64,000 nt of DNA from a virus (taxonomy: Duplodnaviria; Caudoviricetes), in IMG/VR virus record IMGVR_UViG_3300027782_000030, positions 1 through 64,000 of that record. One strand, given 5' to 3'. This document shows positions 63,991-64,000 of the stretch, one piece after another (the first letter of the stretch is position 1; every line of letters begins with the position of its first letter). Under the pieces are notes generated by a model. The model did no database searches and was not told the origin of the DNA. It worked only from the letters and a program-made list of their open reading frames with translations. The position numbers and the translations under genes were made by a program.

Positions 63991-64000
63991 AGGAACAGTT

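Larger units (their letters stand above)
1..64000. other. Segment of a large T4-like myovirus genome
   Basis: PAAR, tail-fibre-like and baseplate-region ORFs, nrdAB-grx, large tRNA array, T4-late-like ATAAATA motifs; no rRNA, ribosomal-protein operons or integrase. Confidence 0.9.

Noticed and set aside
1-64000. Prophage in a bacterial chromosome, given host-like genes (iscU, pstS, rpoZ, rbr)
   Set aside because: These genes are isolated from their usual operon partners, interleaved with phage genes and late motifs; no integrase or att boundary is seen

Overview
The window is a 64-kb segment of a large T4-like (myovirus) phage genome. Support: a tail-fibre/LamG late operon, PAAR and baseplate-region genes, class Ia nrdA/nrdB with glutaredoxin, dCMP deaminase, HNH and GIY-YIG nucleases, near-consensus sigma70 promoters (TTGACA-N17-TAyAmT, all on the minus strand) and many T4-late-like (c/t)ATAAATA motifs. 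Two Bug/TctC binding proteins and proteobacterial-type iscU, pstS and rpoZ suggest a betaproteobacterial host (inference). Positions 9.2-24.1 kb hold 22 intact minus-strand tRNAs plus one Glu/Tyr chimera, interspersed with gene cassettes and several structured non-tRNA RNAs. Positions 25-39 kb form an island of tailoring enzymes (2OG-Fe(II) oxygenases, radical SAMs, PP-loop proteins, methyltransferases, a desaturase). Positions 44-50 kb form a phosphate-starvation module. Best candidates for new biology: (1) a phage-borne plcP-agt lipid-remodelling pair next to phoX and pstS, with three promoters each having a Pho-box-like repeat exactly 10 nt upstream of TTAAATA; (2) a leader-peptide attenuator at the head of the tRNA array; (3) three ORFs whose stop codons are tRNA positions 8-10, plus an ArfA-like peptide; (4) oxygenase cassettes flanked by target-site-like duplications; (5) uncharacterised structured RNAs in the tRNA array. 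All assignments come from reading motifs by eye; no database search was run.
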